A stretch of DNA of 63,115 nt, the filler included, from Octopus bimaculoides (Eukaryota): the NCBI RefSeq assembly GCF_001194135.2. It is 8 parts of 7 records of this genome, joined end to end, with 100 filler letters (N's around TTAATTAATTAA, not from the genome) between each part and the next. Parts side by side here need not be neighbours in the genome. Positions count along the whole stretch, not along the records: positions 3,538 to 28,269 come from NC_068987.1; positions 28,370 to 39,154 come from NC_068982.1; 6 more parts are not named here. One strand, written 5' to 3'. The translations under genes were made by a program, and so were the position numbers. Below are positions 24,216-36,199 of this stretch, piece after piece (the first letter of the stretch is position 1; each line of letters opens with the position of its first letter). A model generated the notes under the pieces. The model had not been told where the DNA came from, made no database searches, and saw nothing but the letters and a program-made list of their open reading frames with translations.

Positions 24216-25734
24216 ACACANNNNNNNNNNNNNNNNNNNNNNNNNNNNNNNNNNNNNNNNNNNNNNNNNNNNNNNNNNNNNNNNNNNNNNNNNNNNNNNN
24301 NNNNNNNNNNNNNNNNNNNNNNNNNNNNNNNNNNNNNNNNNNNNNNNNNNNNNNNNNNNNNNNNNNNNNNNNNNNNNNNNNNNNNNNNNNNNNNNNNNNN
24401 NNNNNNNNNNNNNNNNNNNNNNNNNNNNNNNNNNNNNNNNNNNNNNNNNNNNNNNNNNNNNNNNNNNNNNNNNNNNNNNNNNNNNNNNNNNNNNNNNNNN
24501 NNNNNNNNNNNNNNNNNNNNNNNNNNNNNNNNNNNNNNNNNNNNNNNNNNNNNNNNNNNNNNNNNNNNNNNNNNNNNNNNNNNNNNNNNNNNNNNNNNNN
24601 NNNNNNNNNNNNNNNNNNNNNNNNNNNNNNNNNNNNNNNNNNNNNNNNNNNNNNNNNNNNNNNNNNNNNNNNNNNNNNNNNNNNNNNNNNNNNNNNNNNN
24701 NNNNNNNNNNNNNNNNNNNNNNNNNNNNNNNNNNNNNNNNNNNNNNNNNNNNNNNNNNNNNNNNNNNNNNNNNNNNNNNNNNNNNNNNNNNNNNNNNNNN
24801 NNNNNNNNNNNNNNNNNNNNNNNNNNNNNNNNNNNNNNNNNNNNNNNNNNNNNNNNNNNNNNNNNNNNNNNNNNNNNNNNNNNNNNNNNNNNNNNNNNNN
24901 AAATTTTATTTTGGAATTTATGGGAGCAACTGTCTTTGAAGACTCATATTGTCGTTGAATGCTCGAAATGAGGAGTAGAGACACAGCCAACAACTGATGA
25001 AGGGTCGTTCTTTGTGTTTATTTGTCCTGTTTTCCATTTTTTCTCTCGCTGTTTGCGTATTTAACTCTTTTGTTTTCGTACTTCATGTTGTTTACACAGT
25101 TGGTGACGTCCTGTACCCATATATGCATATATATATATATATATGTGATTACAAACCGAGCTTCTTAACTGCACAACCATCCCACCGCCTGTATTACTGA
25201 ATTATTTTTCACGAAGTCTTTTCTTTAATCCGCTGTCGGAACATGTTACGTCAACACCTACTTGTTTATTAACAATTGGACATCAACATTATTAAATAAA
25301 TATTAAATTAATAACAGGGGGAAAAATGGACGATAAAAACAAATTATGAAATATCGTTAATCATGAAATGTCATGTAACATGTAATTATTTGTTGCTAAG
25401 TTGTTTCTTATTAACTCTGACAAGGCGGTGGATTGGTAGTAAAGATAAATCTCAGGATAACATGTGGTTTTGTGTTTTATTTCGCTGATTCTATGCTGTG
25501 GATTCACATTCTGCTGAAGATGACTTTTAATAGTAGGCAAGGATTAGATAACTAAATTGGTATTCGGTAAGTACTAGGTAAGATCCTATCGGTTATTCTC
25601 TACTCCTACCACTGAGCCAATGTAAGAGATGCACTTCGTTCGAGGCAAAGAAATGGCGCAAAGCTGTCAAATACATTCATACAGACTTACAAAAGTCAGG
25701 CAATGTTATAGAGGTTAGCTGCCCAAATGCTGTA

Positions 25735-26017
25735 CAGTAATCCCTCGACTATTGCGGGTGTTATTTATACCACACCACACCCCAGCGATAAGTGAAAATC
25801 TGCGAAGTAGAAACAGTACTATACTGTATATTTTTTAAATTATTTTTATAATTTGTATATATTTATTTTATTATAAATGCAAAACAACACCACGGAGGAA
25901 TCGACATAAGCTTAAATAATGAACCGCGATTGGTGAACCGCGATTGGTGAACCGCGATTGGTGAATCGCGATTGGTGAACCGCGATTGGTGAACCGCGAT
26001 ATGGCGATGAATTATTG
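25735..26017. mobile_element. Tc1/mariner-Tigger(pogo)-type MITE
   Basis: TA|cagtaatccctcgactattgcg ... cgcgatatggcgatgaattattg|TA: imperfect TIRs with TA target duplication. Confidence 0.7.
25921..26000 (+). repeat. 14-bp tandem repeat GAACCGCGATTGGT x5.7
   Basis: Units start at 25921, 25935, 25949, 25963, 25977, 25991 (partial); one substitution. Confidence 0.95.
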
Positions 26018-26039
26018 TAAATGTATCATCAAAAGTCCA

Positions 26040-26279
26040 AGAAAAAGAGAAGATTTATGGTGATTTAATGCGGAACAGCTTTTGCACGTTGACAATAAAT
26101 TTTTATTTGTACCAATCATCATCGGTCCATTGGACTATGTACCGACAGGTTTGCCCCAAAACCGGAAAATATTGGGTTTCTCAAGCAAGGAGCAAAAGAA
26201 ACTGACGTGCATTCTCCAAATCCTGTCTATTAGCGGTACAGTGAAAATCTATTCGGCATGCCAAAGATTCTCCATTTAA
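26040..26279 (+). mobile_element. RLE-type (R4/NeSL-like) LINE C-terminal fragment
   Basis: KKEKIYGDL... then FVPIIIGPLDYVPTGLPQNRKILGF...ILQILSISGTVKIY, matching the 'VPIVIGALG...IQKxxLLGTxxIL' end of restriction-like endonuclease LINEs. Confidence 0.6.
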
Positions 26280-26433
26280 GATTCTTTGGATGGCTAGATG
26301 CACACACCAGTCCCATATTTACAAACAAAGGGAACTCTTTTAACTCAAATAGTCTTCCCGCTTCGTTGCAATCGGCTTGAACTCTTTCAAGAGGAACATA
26401 AGTAACACATACAAACATACATACATACATACA

Positions 26434-26469
<36 letters not shown>

Positions 26470-26982
26470 TANNNNNNNNNNNNNNNNNNNNNNNNNNNNN
26501 NNNNNNNNNNNNNNNNNNNNNNNNNNNNNNNNNNNNNNNNNNNNNNNNNNNNNNNNNNNNNNNNNNNNNNNNNNNNNNNNNNNNNNNNNNNNNNNNNNNN
26601 NNNNNNNNNNNNNNNNNNNNNNNNNNNNNNNNNNNNNNNNNNNNNNNNNNNNNNNNNNNNNNNNNNNNNNNNNNNNNNNNNNNNNNNNNNNNNNNNNNNN
26701 NNNNNNNNNNNNNNNNNNNNNNNNNNNNNNNNNNNNNNNNNNNNNNNNNNNNNNNNNNNNNNNNNNNNNNNNNNNNNNNNNNNNNNNNNNNNNNNNNNNN
26801 NNNNNNNNNNNNNNNNNNNNNNNNNNNNNNNNNNNNNNNNNNNNNNNNNNNNNNNNNNNNNNNNNNNNNNNNNNNNNNNNNNNNNNNNNNNNNNNNNNNN
26901 NNNNNNNNNNNNNNNNNNNNNNNNNNNNNNNNNNNNNNNNNNNNNNNNNNNNNNNNNNNNNNNNNNNNNNNNNNNNNNNNNN

Positions 26983-27019
<37 letters not shown>

Positions 27020-27124
27020 AAAGAGAATATAAAATGGGACAAGAACGCAACGCAACAGGTGACAAAAAACATCCAGACAGATGATACAAAAAGGGACAAG
27101 AAAAAACACGGACGGGTCATTCGA

Positions 27125-27217
27125 AGTTTTCTTTCTTTAGTCGAGTTCCAGATCATTTTTGCAGTTTCGGCTGGTTATACTGGAGACTGCTCCAATCTGG
27201 CCAGCTCCGAGGAAAAA
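27125..27217 (-). mobile_element. PLE-like relic with a decayed long-stem-II HHR
   Basis: Minus: cctcgga-GCUGG...UGGAG CAGU CUCCA...CCAGC-CGAAAC; apical hairpin ggagcagtctccag identical to the left arm of 4815-4900; core and stem III broken. Confidence 0.35.
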
Positions 27218-28529
27218 CTAAGCTAAGAGCACTAGATTCCTTGGAAGAAAGCAGACTACAGAAAGAGAAAATGGACTAAGCAAAGCAAGAGGAGAAACAT
27301 GGAAAAAAAAGTGACTGAAGAGACTGCAGAGGTCACAGGATGTGTGACGAAAGACCTTTGACAAAGAAATAAAAATGATAATAACCCTGTTGAAGTGGAG
27401 ACCAAATATATAGTGTGCGTTTAATCGGCAAAATATGACCATCCTCTCCAAGTGTAACAATTTGTGTGTGTGGGGTGGGGGTGCGCGCGTGTGTGTTGTC
27501 TTAAAATCATCCTATGAACCAGGCGCACCCGGAAGGTGAAGCATCGTGATATTCGTGAATTTCTGTACAAGAATCTACAAAGATAAATAGTATAAAGATA
27601 CGGAAAAGTGAGAAGATTTTCCTCGCTCATCTTTGTATCCACATGTGCGCAACACTCCTTTGTATTACACACACGCGCGCGCGCGCGCGCAGATACACAC
27701 ATATGGACATGGGCAGTTACATACATAAACACATGCATAAATATATACGCAAACACACGCATGTATGTATGTATGTATGTATGTAAGTTTGTATGCGTGT
27801 ATGTAACTAATATATTGTATTTTTATCATCAAATTATATTTTACTTCTCCATTTGTCTATTAATTATTTATTCTAACTTACGTTACAATTATTTTTTATC
27901 TGAAGACTAATGCGCTATAATTGTGTCTGCGACAGAAGAAACAATTACATATAATTAAAAATGATTCCCAAATCAAATGCTTCTGGTTTGCACAACATAA
28001 CAGTCGCTTATATTTTTTTTCTCACCTATTCTCCGATCAATAAAGATTTAGTTTTAATTGTAAATGTAAAATTTTATCCAATATTTTAAAACGATGATTC
28101 ATTTATACAATTCATACAAAGAACTCCTTCGGCATTTTGGATATATTTATGGAGAAATATGCTTGCGTTTACATCTGAGATCTACATAGCTTCACCTTAA
28201 TATAGAATTATTTATACTCAATATAATTTTTGTACTTTATACACACACACACATATGTGTGTGTGTGTGNNNNNNNNNNNNNNNNNNNNNNNNNNNNNNN
28301 NNNNNNNNNNNNNTTAATTAATTAANNNNNNNNNNNNNNNNNNNNNNNNNNNNNNNNNNNNNNNNNNNNATATATATCTGGACTGTTTGATTCTGAACTT
28401 TATACCCTCCGGCTGCACCTCTCCTACCCACGGATTTACACTGGACCCATCTTCTGATTGGAAATCGCTTCAATATACCACGACGTCTAAAAAACTTTTG
28501 AACTTTTCCACTTTTGTAAACCTCCTTTA

Positions 28530-28666
28530 TCATCCTTTTTTCTGTTGAAGAGCGTAGCTCGAAACGTCAAAGACTTTCCGTATTCCCGAGCGTCATACTA
28601 ATATATACTTTTGTTATTTACACCACCTGTCCTCGTCTGTTGTTATTTTTTGTATATTCTCCCACA
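28530..28666 (+). mobile_element. PLE-like pLTR/terminal repeat with HHR-like motif, copy 2
   Basis: 118 nt identical to 10713-10830. Confidence 0.6.
28537..28573 (+). ncRNA. Minimal hammerhead-like motif, variant core CUGUUGAA (copy 2)
   Basis: Same as 10711-10747; stem I UUUUU/AAAGA with one G-U pair. Confidence 0.5.
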
Positions 28667-28719
28667 TATATATATATGCATGTGTGTGAATATATGCGCA
28701 TAAACACTCACATACATAT

Positions 28720-29330
28720 ATATCACCTATCCTTCCCTACCATACCTATTCCTATTAACCATCCCTCAATACTTGCTCTTTATTCATTCACCCCACCAAT
28801 TCCTCATTCTGTAACCACCTTCTACTCTTCCAAATGCTCTTACTACCTCTACTCACCCACACTTCCTGTTTTTCCTGCCTTCACTCACTTCTATGCACTT
28901 CAAACTTTGAAGATTCACTCTGATATCTCAACACCACCAATTTTATCTCTGTTTCCAGCTCCTCCCTGGTCACTCCCACCCTCTCTTCTACAATGTGAGT
29001 AGACATGATTGCTCCCCTGCAGCAATAAACCTGTTTGCTCAAGGTCCTTCTCTCATACTTTACCCCCTATCTTCAAGCATACCCTCTCCCCCATACCCCA
29101 TCCCCTGCTCTCACTGTAGACTCAGTCAGTCAAAAGGGATCTTAGTCTTGCTAGTTGCATGACAACCTCACTAGTGCAGGTGCCATAAGAAAAGCACCCA
29201 ATACATGTGAAGTGGTTGGCATTAGGAAAAGTAATCAGCTGTTGAAACTATGCCAGTCCCAACATTGAAGCATGATGCCCTTGGACATGTCAATCATGCC
29301 AAACCATCCAACCATCTACCAAACCCTGTC
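28720..29330 (+). mobile_element. Degenerate RTE-like LINE 3' region / family E relative
   Basis: Pyrimidine-rich body followed by gtggttggcattagg...cagctgt...aaaccatccaacc, the same tail as reversed copies at 51530-52480. Confidence 0.5.
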
Positions 29331-29617
29331 ACAAGGCTATAGCAGAGGGCAATTACCGAAGGTATTAAGTAGTGGAACTGAACTGAAACCCAACCAGTGA
29401 AAAGTGAATTTTTTATTCCCGCAGCTACGTCAATGCTAATACATACATACATACATACATATGTTGTTGATATTGTTGAAATTCCAATGGAACCTTGGAT
29501 CTAGGTTAGAAACCAGCTCCTTGTTTATTGGCAAGAAATCTTGAAATAAAACTAATAATGACATACATACATACATACATACACACACACACATGCAAAC
29601 AAACAAACATACATACA

Positions 29618-29648
<31 letters not shown>

Positions 29649-29734
29649 TTATACATATAGTGTTTATCACAATTGTCTGACAAATGGAAATGTGAAACTC
29701 TACATACATATCTATGTTGAAGACATTTGTTTGA

Positions 29735-29930
29735 GGTGCCATCCCATGGGACTGAACCCAGAATCACATAGATAGGAAGCAAACTTCTTAATCACACTGC
29801 CACGCTGGCATCAAATATATCTATATCTCTACATACATATGACAGGCTTCTATACAGTTTCCATCTACCACATCTAATCATGAGACATTGGTTAATATAA
29901 GACTATAGCCGATGACACTTGCCTGAAGAT
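29735..29930 (-). mobile_element. SINE family A (degenerate, rearranged)
   Basis: gggactgaacccagaatcacat...acaggcttc...cagtttccatctacc. Confidence 0.6.
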
Positions 29931-30072
29931 ACAGACAAGAAGACCCAAAGCAGTTGTTTATGGTTATTGCAGCTGGCACCTCACAGTTAGTTATTTGAAT
30001 TTCATGTACCCAATCATCAACCCAGATATAAAATGCACACTTTCATATCGGGTACTCTTTGACATATAATTC

Positions 30073-30129
<57 letters not shown>

Positions 30130-30933
30130 CATTTGGTTTGATAATGTTTCAGTTGTCCGAGAGATGTTTCATGACTCTCAGTTTATCTTTTACTTTGCTT
30201 CATTGAACATTCAGTTTGTCTCACTTTGTTATCTGCCATTATGTGTCCATACAACAAAAGATTACCCAATACTCTATTGTCTTGATATGTTTGTAAAAAG
30301 CAGGAAAGACATCTATGCAGTAACTAGACATGTTAGAAATAGCAGCCTTCTATCTTATGCATTCACCAACAACCAATATGTTTACATAGTAGCATAGCAT
30401 GTATGAAATAGCAGCCAATTTTCCCTCAGATCACAATATTCTATTTCATGTTACTTTGTTTCAATACCTGTACATTTCCAGATAACTCTGCTAGTAGAAT
30501 ATTAAATTAACACAAAAACTACTATTTTGTGGGAAAAAATTCTCAGTGTTATTTGAATTATTCTAATCTTTTACTCTTCTTCTCTCTTCATAAACACTGC
30601 ACCTTGCCCTTCCTTACTAAATTGTAGTTACCAATCCTAGTTTAGTCATTTCTCATCATGACTTCAATCTCAACGCTACTCCACCTCCTAGTTTCACACT
30701 ATCACCTCTGTACTCTCTAAGTACTTTTTGTAGAGCTCACTCTGTTACAAACATTTCTGGATAGCTCTTCATTTTGAGGATTACTCTCTTTTTTCCTCTC
30801 ACTCATCTCAGAGACTTGGTAAATGTCAGGAGTACTGACCTTTCTTGTCTAACTACACAATGAAAAATGTGAAAAAAATATTTTCACAACAGAAAAGGTA
30901 TTTATATATGCATGAATGCACACACACATGCAT

Positions 30934-30981
<48 letters not shown>

Positions 30982-31109
30982 GCATGTGTGTGCACACTCT
31001 CAAGTGCACTTCAGCTCTTACCCCCCTGTATTTATATACATCATCATCACTATTGCTGTTTAATGTCTGTTTTTTTTTTTTTTTCATACTGGGATGTGTT
31101 GAACAATTT

Positions 31110-31665
31110 AACAGGAGCCAACAAGCCAAAGGACGGCTCCAAGCTTCAGTGACTCCATGGCTTCAATAGTTGGATGAACTTCCTAACACATTAAAAAATG
31201 TTCAACCAGATGAATACCCACCATCAAGCATCTACTGTACTCTGAATGTCTTGCTTCCCTGTGCATGAACACAATATAAGCTCCAACATCTTGCAATTGT
31301 TATAGACACCCACAAGATTATTCACCATCTTTCCAACAGCACCTTTTTGAATTCCAAATATCTAACACCTGCGGACATACTTACAAAATCATAAAACAGT
31401 CAAAAACAAAACAGTACCCATGACTTTCAGAAACATTTTTTCATGCTCAGAATTGCTGAAACATAGAATAAACTACCCACGTCATTGGAAGTTGTTGGAA
31501 CACTACAATTTTCAATCATCCATGCTTCCTGTAATTCACCAATTGTACACCTAGTGACCTCTGCCATTTTTTCTTAATGACTCATTCACTGTTCACTTTC
31601 TGTGCATTATTCTATTTACTGTACAAGCATTTCCTGATGAATAATAGTGCACCTAAGCACTGTAT
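31110..31665 (+). mobile_element. CR1/L2-clade LINE 3' fragment
   Basis: Frameshifted translation ...GHTYKIIKQSK...RKHFFMLRIAET*NKLP... matches the CR1 ORF2 C-terminal 'RGHxYKI...RKHFFxxRVxxxWNxLP' motif. Confidence 0.7.
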
Positions 31666-31897
31666 ACAATAAGTTCATTATATTACATATACATGTACAC
31701 ACATATATATATTGTAAAATTCATGGTGCCTGTAACTCTAAGTTTCCTGTGCGGACTTATTCAACCAGAGTGGTTGAAGAAGCCATCAGGCAAAACTTCA
31801 AGTCCGAGTTAAAATAAGTTTTTCTATAAATTTGTTTCTACTCTCAGCTTTGAGTCTCTCTCTCTCTCAGTAAATGTTACTCTTAAGCCTGCTTTAA

Positions 31898-32112
31898 CCC
31901 TTTAGTATTTAAACCAGCCTTATCCAACCAAAATATTTTGTTTTATCTTCACTCTGATCAGATCTGGTCTCTCGCACTTACCCTACAATATTATTCTAAA
32001 AATAAACAATTATGTCATTAAAATCTCAAACTACAAAGTAATGCATGACTAATTCATATCAACATGAATAAATAAGCATTACATTTGACAGAGAAATCTG
32101 AATGCTAAAGGG
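31898..32112. mobile_element. piggyBac-type MITE
   Basis: TTAA|ccctttagtatt ... aatgctaaaggg|TTAA: 11/12 TIR match with TTAA target duplication. Confidence 0.8.
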
Positions 32113-33467
32113 TTAAAATAATAATTGTTTCAAATTTTGGCTCAAGACCAGCAGTTTTAGACGGGATAGGGCTTGGTTGATTACATCAACTCCCAGTACA
32201 TGGCCGGGACCTTATTTTAGCAATCTCAAAAGGATAAAAGACAAATAACACAAAGTTTCTAACAATCACTACTAACATTTTTGCTTACTATGAAGGAAAT
32301 TTTTAAAAATTAGGAATTTCTCAGGTTGTATGTCTTTGTATATTAGCAGTTATGTGAAGGTCACATCACTTCATTATATCTCCTACCCCAGCATTCGTAG
32401 TTCACCCCTGATATGTGTCTTACATCAGTTAATAACTATGTTTACCTTTAAGAAACATTTTTAATCATCTACATGAAAATTCTCCCAAGAAGATGAAAGA
32501 AATGTTAAACTTTCATCTGCCAATCAAATATTTGCAGTGAGTGGGTGACAACAAAGCCATAGCAGTGGTGCATCACCCTGGTGGCTAATTACTTTTACAC
32601 AAAACGTGGTCGCCAAAAATATGTGTTTTACCTTTTGTATAGCAATTTTCTTGACCAAAATATAAATAACTATGGTTGATCTGAGAAAAGATGAAGCTGA
32701 AATACAGGACTCACAAAATAAAATTTTATAAACTGATAAACTTTATAGTTTCATAGTTTATTCCGGTATATTGTTACAGTATTGTACTTGAATGCACAGA
32801 ATCATACATTTTTCGTTACAAAACCACTTTAAACTATCTTTCAACAGGTGTATAATGAAACATACTAAATTTGTTTTTTCTACAAAATATGCTTGCAAAA
32901 TATGCTTGTAAAACATCTTATGTGAGAATATATCTTATACACTGGCAAATATCACCATTGAGAGCCAATAATAATAGATCAGTATAAAATCTCTGTCTGG
33001 CCTCCCCTAGAATAAATACACCTATTATATCCAAATTGAAAAACTGAATGCTAAATGTGTATCTTAAAGGCATGTACAAATTAAGAATGATCTGCCTAAA
33101 TTAACTTTTCTTTAACATTAGTCAGTCAAATGTGATAATTGCTATTGAAGAATCAAACAAAAAAAAAAAAATTTAGGGTTGGGTTAAACCAATTTCAATA
33201 AATAAAAGTGTGCAACAGTAAATACTTATTAAAAGAAACATCAAAACAGAAGTATATAAAAGAACATAAAACCTTTTGATGGTTACATGATGTTTTTCAA
33301 ATAAACCAGAAGTAATTATTGCTCCAAATTCAGTATTGAAGTCAAACATCATACAACACCTCATTGAAGAGTATTTTCCTGGATTCAGATGACATATCAA
33401 AATAGTCATGAAGCTTGATGTCAAAATTTCTCATGAAAGCCGATGTTTGTATGACTTTTGTATACAA

Positions 33468-33625
33468 ATGTGGCTGTATGGTTGAAAAGTTTACTTTCAG
33501 ACTATGAGGCTTTAGGTTCAGTCTCACTGCATGGTACTTTGAGCAAGTGTCTTCTACAACAGCCACAGACTGGCCAAAGCCTTGTGGGTGGATTTGGTAG
33601 ATGGAAAGTGAAGGATTCCGGCCAA
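33468..33625 (+). mobile_element. SINE family A (degenerate)
   Basis: gtggctgtatggttg...ggttcagtctcactgc...ccaaagccttgtgggtggatttggtagatgga. Confidence 0.75.
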
Positions 33626-33642
33626 GTATATATATACAAAGA

Positions 33643-34207
33643 CAATCCTTACATCCAACTTTACATGGATGTTGTGTTACAACACCAAATACTGTGTTAT
33701 TTACCTTGAGAGGACCTCTCATATGGACATATAGTACTTAAAAGCACTCACATTTATATCATTGTCAGACAAGAATCATCTACTATGGATGCCAGAACTG
33801 CCAGATCATGTTATTTCACTCTGTCCTGGCTCATCAGTAACAGATGACCAGTAGTAGCATAATAGCCAAATCACATGTCAACGATGTGTAGAGTTTCAGA
33901 GTCTTTTCAGGCACTGATGTCTCAAATAGCCAGAATGCTTATTAAAAAATAATTAATAGTGACAATATTAATACCAAGGCAATCTTCATATACAACTTAA
34001 TGTGGATGTTGTGCTAGGATGCCAAGGCAGGGTGAAATCACATGATCTGGTACTTCCAGCACCCATAGAAGACAATACTCATCTGACAACAATATAAATA
34101 TGAGTGCTTTTATGCACTATGCATCCATATGAGACGTCCTCCCAAGGTAAATAATGCAGTATTCAGTGTTTTAATAAACGTCCACGTTAAGTTGGTTATA
34201 AAGATTG
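33643..34207. mobile_element. Fold-back element with ~205-bp diverged inverted arms, PLE-like
   Basis: 33643-33850 is the reverse complement (roughly 75-80% by eye) of 34000-34207; an HHR motif lies at the inner end of each arm, facing outward. Confidence 0.65.
33798..33843 (-). ncRNA. Type I hammerhead ribozyme motif (partly decayed)
   Basis: Minus: CUGUUA-CUGAUGA-GCC aggacag AGU-GAAA-UAACAUGA-UC-UGGCAG; 6-bp stem I with 2 G-U pairs. The sister arm (34010-34052) has better stems II/III (GCC/GGU, AUCA-CA-UGAU) but a broken CUGANGA. Confidence 0.5.
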
Positions 34208-34254
34208 CTTTTGGTATTAATACTGCTTCTGTCACTATTAAGTCTGTGTGTGTG

Positions 34255-34470
34255 TGTTTCAGTCAGTGTTGGGTTCGTTCCCCACCGCCACTTGACAACT
34301 CATGTTGGTTAGTTTACATTCCTGTAACTTAGCAGTTTAGCAAAAGAAACTGATAGAATAAGTACCAGGCTTAAAATTAATTACTGGGGTTAGTTTGTTC
34401 AACTAAAGTCTCCAAAGTGGTACCCAAGAATGGCCATAATCTAGTGACTGAAACAAGTAAAAGACTAATG
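34255..34470 (+). mobile_element. SINE family C
   Basis: gtgtgtttc...gacaac...gataagtaccaggctt...cccaagaatggcc...gtgactgaaacaagtaaaaga. Confidence 0.75.
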
Positions 34471-34779
34471 ATAAAAACTTAACTAATTGCTATTAGATAA
34501 AGAAAATTATATCCAAACTCATCAGTTGGAAAACGTGACTGAATCTATCTGAGGTGTCTCTGTATCTGGTTATCCTCAGAACATCATCATTTGGAAATTC
34601 CTCTCCTGCCCTTTTTTCTCTTTCTTCAACTGCCAACTCACAACTCTTCAAGACAAACATTAACTGCATCAGTCTCACCAGTCTCAGACAATCTCCTTCC
34701 ACTCAGCCAAATCAATAAAATAACAAACGATAAGACAGAATATATTTCTGCTCTGTTATGTATTGAAGGTTTCTAATTT

Positions 34780-34975
34780 AGACACAAGACCAACAGTTTG
34801 AGAAGAAGGGGTTAGTTGATATCATTGACCTTAGTATTTGACTGATACTTTATCTTAACTGATCCCAAAAAGAATGACTTTACCAAGATTTGAACTCAGA
34901 ATGTAAAGAGACAAAAGAAACTGCATGAAAGATTTTGTCCTACACTTTAATTTAATGATTCTGTCATCTCACTGC
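34780..34975 (-). mobile_element. SINE family B (degenerate)
   Basis: ttgactgatacttta...atttgaactcagaatgtaaagag. Confidence 0.55.
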
Positions 34976-35001
34976 TTTATATTAGGTATTCAAGGTACAA
35001 C

Positions 35002-35403
35002 TCAACTAATGAGTTTACACAATGTATCATTAAAGTTTATGTGTCATTAAAGTTTATGTCCAAAGGTTTTCTTGGGAGTACATAATTACTGTATTGTTCA
35101 TGCTCTATTGCCACGAGTTTTCTCAAGATTAAGTGTGTTTCCATCTCGTCATCCCAATCTTTACATTCTTTCTTGAAGATTTGCTCATATTTTCTATAGT
35201 ATGCTTCAAAGGTAACTCCTTCATCAGGTCCATATTTGTTGTTGATGTTGCTTCTGTCGTTGCTCTTGCAGTTGTATTTGCTGCTGTTGTTGTTCTTTCA
35301 GTTGTTGTTGCTTCAGCTGTTGTTCTTGCAGCTGTAGCTGCTGTTGCCTTTCTTTCAGTTGCTATTTTTGCAACTCGAGCACACCAGCCAACAAATTTTC
35401 CAT
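35002..35403 (-). pseudogene. gag: Ty3/Gypsy gag N-terminus, disrupted
   Basis: MENLLAGVLELQK*Q...poly-Q, then after a frameshift KYGPDEGVTFEAYYRKYEQIFKKECKDWDDEMETHLILRKLVAIEHEQYSNYVLPRKPLDINFND, matching invertebrate Gypsy gag 'YDPE.G.TF..WY.RY..IF...LLLRKL....H..Y..YILP'. Confidence 0.75.
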
Positions 35404-35575
35404 GATTTTATGATTCTTTTCATAAAATTCCCACAATAAAAATTTTTGTGAGTTTGTTAACTCATCATAAATTGTTAATTCCTCATGCATTGTTTAAATC
35501 CTTATCAAGTTTATCAATTCGTCATGAGCTATTTAAATCTTTGTTGAGTTTATTAATTCCTCGTGAGTTGTTTAA

Positions 35576-35588
35576 ATCCTCACCGCCA
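35576..35588 (-). promoter_or_regulatory. Primer-binding site TGGCGGTGAGGAT
   Basis: Starts 1 nt after the LTR end ...ATAACA; resembles the tRNA-Ser(GCU)-type PBS TGGCGACGAGGAT (2 mismatches). Confidence 0.6.
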
Positions 35589-35589
35589 C

Positions 35590-35792
35590 TGTTATAATCC
35601 TTAAAATGTTGGATTGTTATAATGCCCACTTCGGTATACAGTATACTTAGTAAAACCAGTAAAACCATGATTATCTCTGACCGTCTACTATGTACTCTGG
35701 TACTTCACGTACTTCTCTTTATTTATAGTGACTAGGTTATCCCATTTGTCATGTGGGAGGGGGTGTACCATTATTACTAATTCCCTATAACA
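35590..35792 (-). mobile_element. Gypsy 5' LTR (203 bp)
   Basis: Perfect 7-bp inverted termini TGTTATA...TATAACA; internal TATAAATAAA on the minus strand near 35715-35727; adjacent PBS and gag. Confidence 0.65.
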
Positions 35793-36199
35793 TAAACCCT
35801 GCACGTAATCATATTTGTCTTACAAGATAAGTACTATTTATTTTTCATTTACCCAAAATGTACCTGATACTAGATTATATTGCAAATTAGGTTAAACAAA
35901 TTTGATTTCAACAATCTAGTTTTTAGATTGTTGAAATCTAAAGCTATCTAGATTTAGATTACTTGTTTTATATGAGATCTCCTGCAATACAAGTGCACAG
36001 CTAGGAGTAACATTGTAAGATACAAATATTTCAAGCACATTTACAATAGTAGAGTTTGTACTTTGTTGAACAGCCATCTAAACTGTTTATATTCTGTTAT
36101 ATCATTGTTTTAAATTCATATCTCTTTGAGTCAACTTTCTAATCATTTTTATTTCTAATAAAATAAGAACCAACAAGATATGAAGGTTTGTAATGCATT

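Noticed and set aside
24955-25010. CTCGAAA...CTGATGAAG as a type II hammerhead
   Set aside because: No stem I pairing and only a 2-bp stem III
25921-26000. Regular short direct repeats superficially like a CRISPR array
   Set aside because: No spacers; contiguous 14-bp tandem inside a eukaryotic MITE
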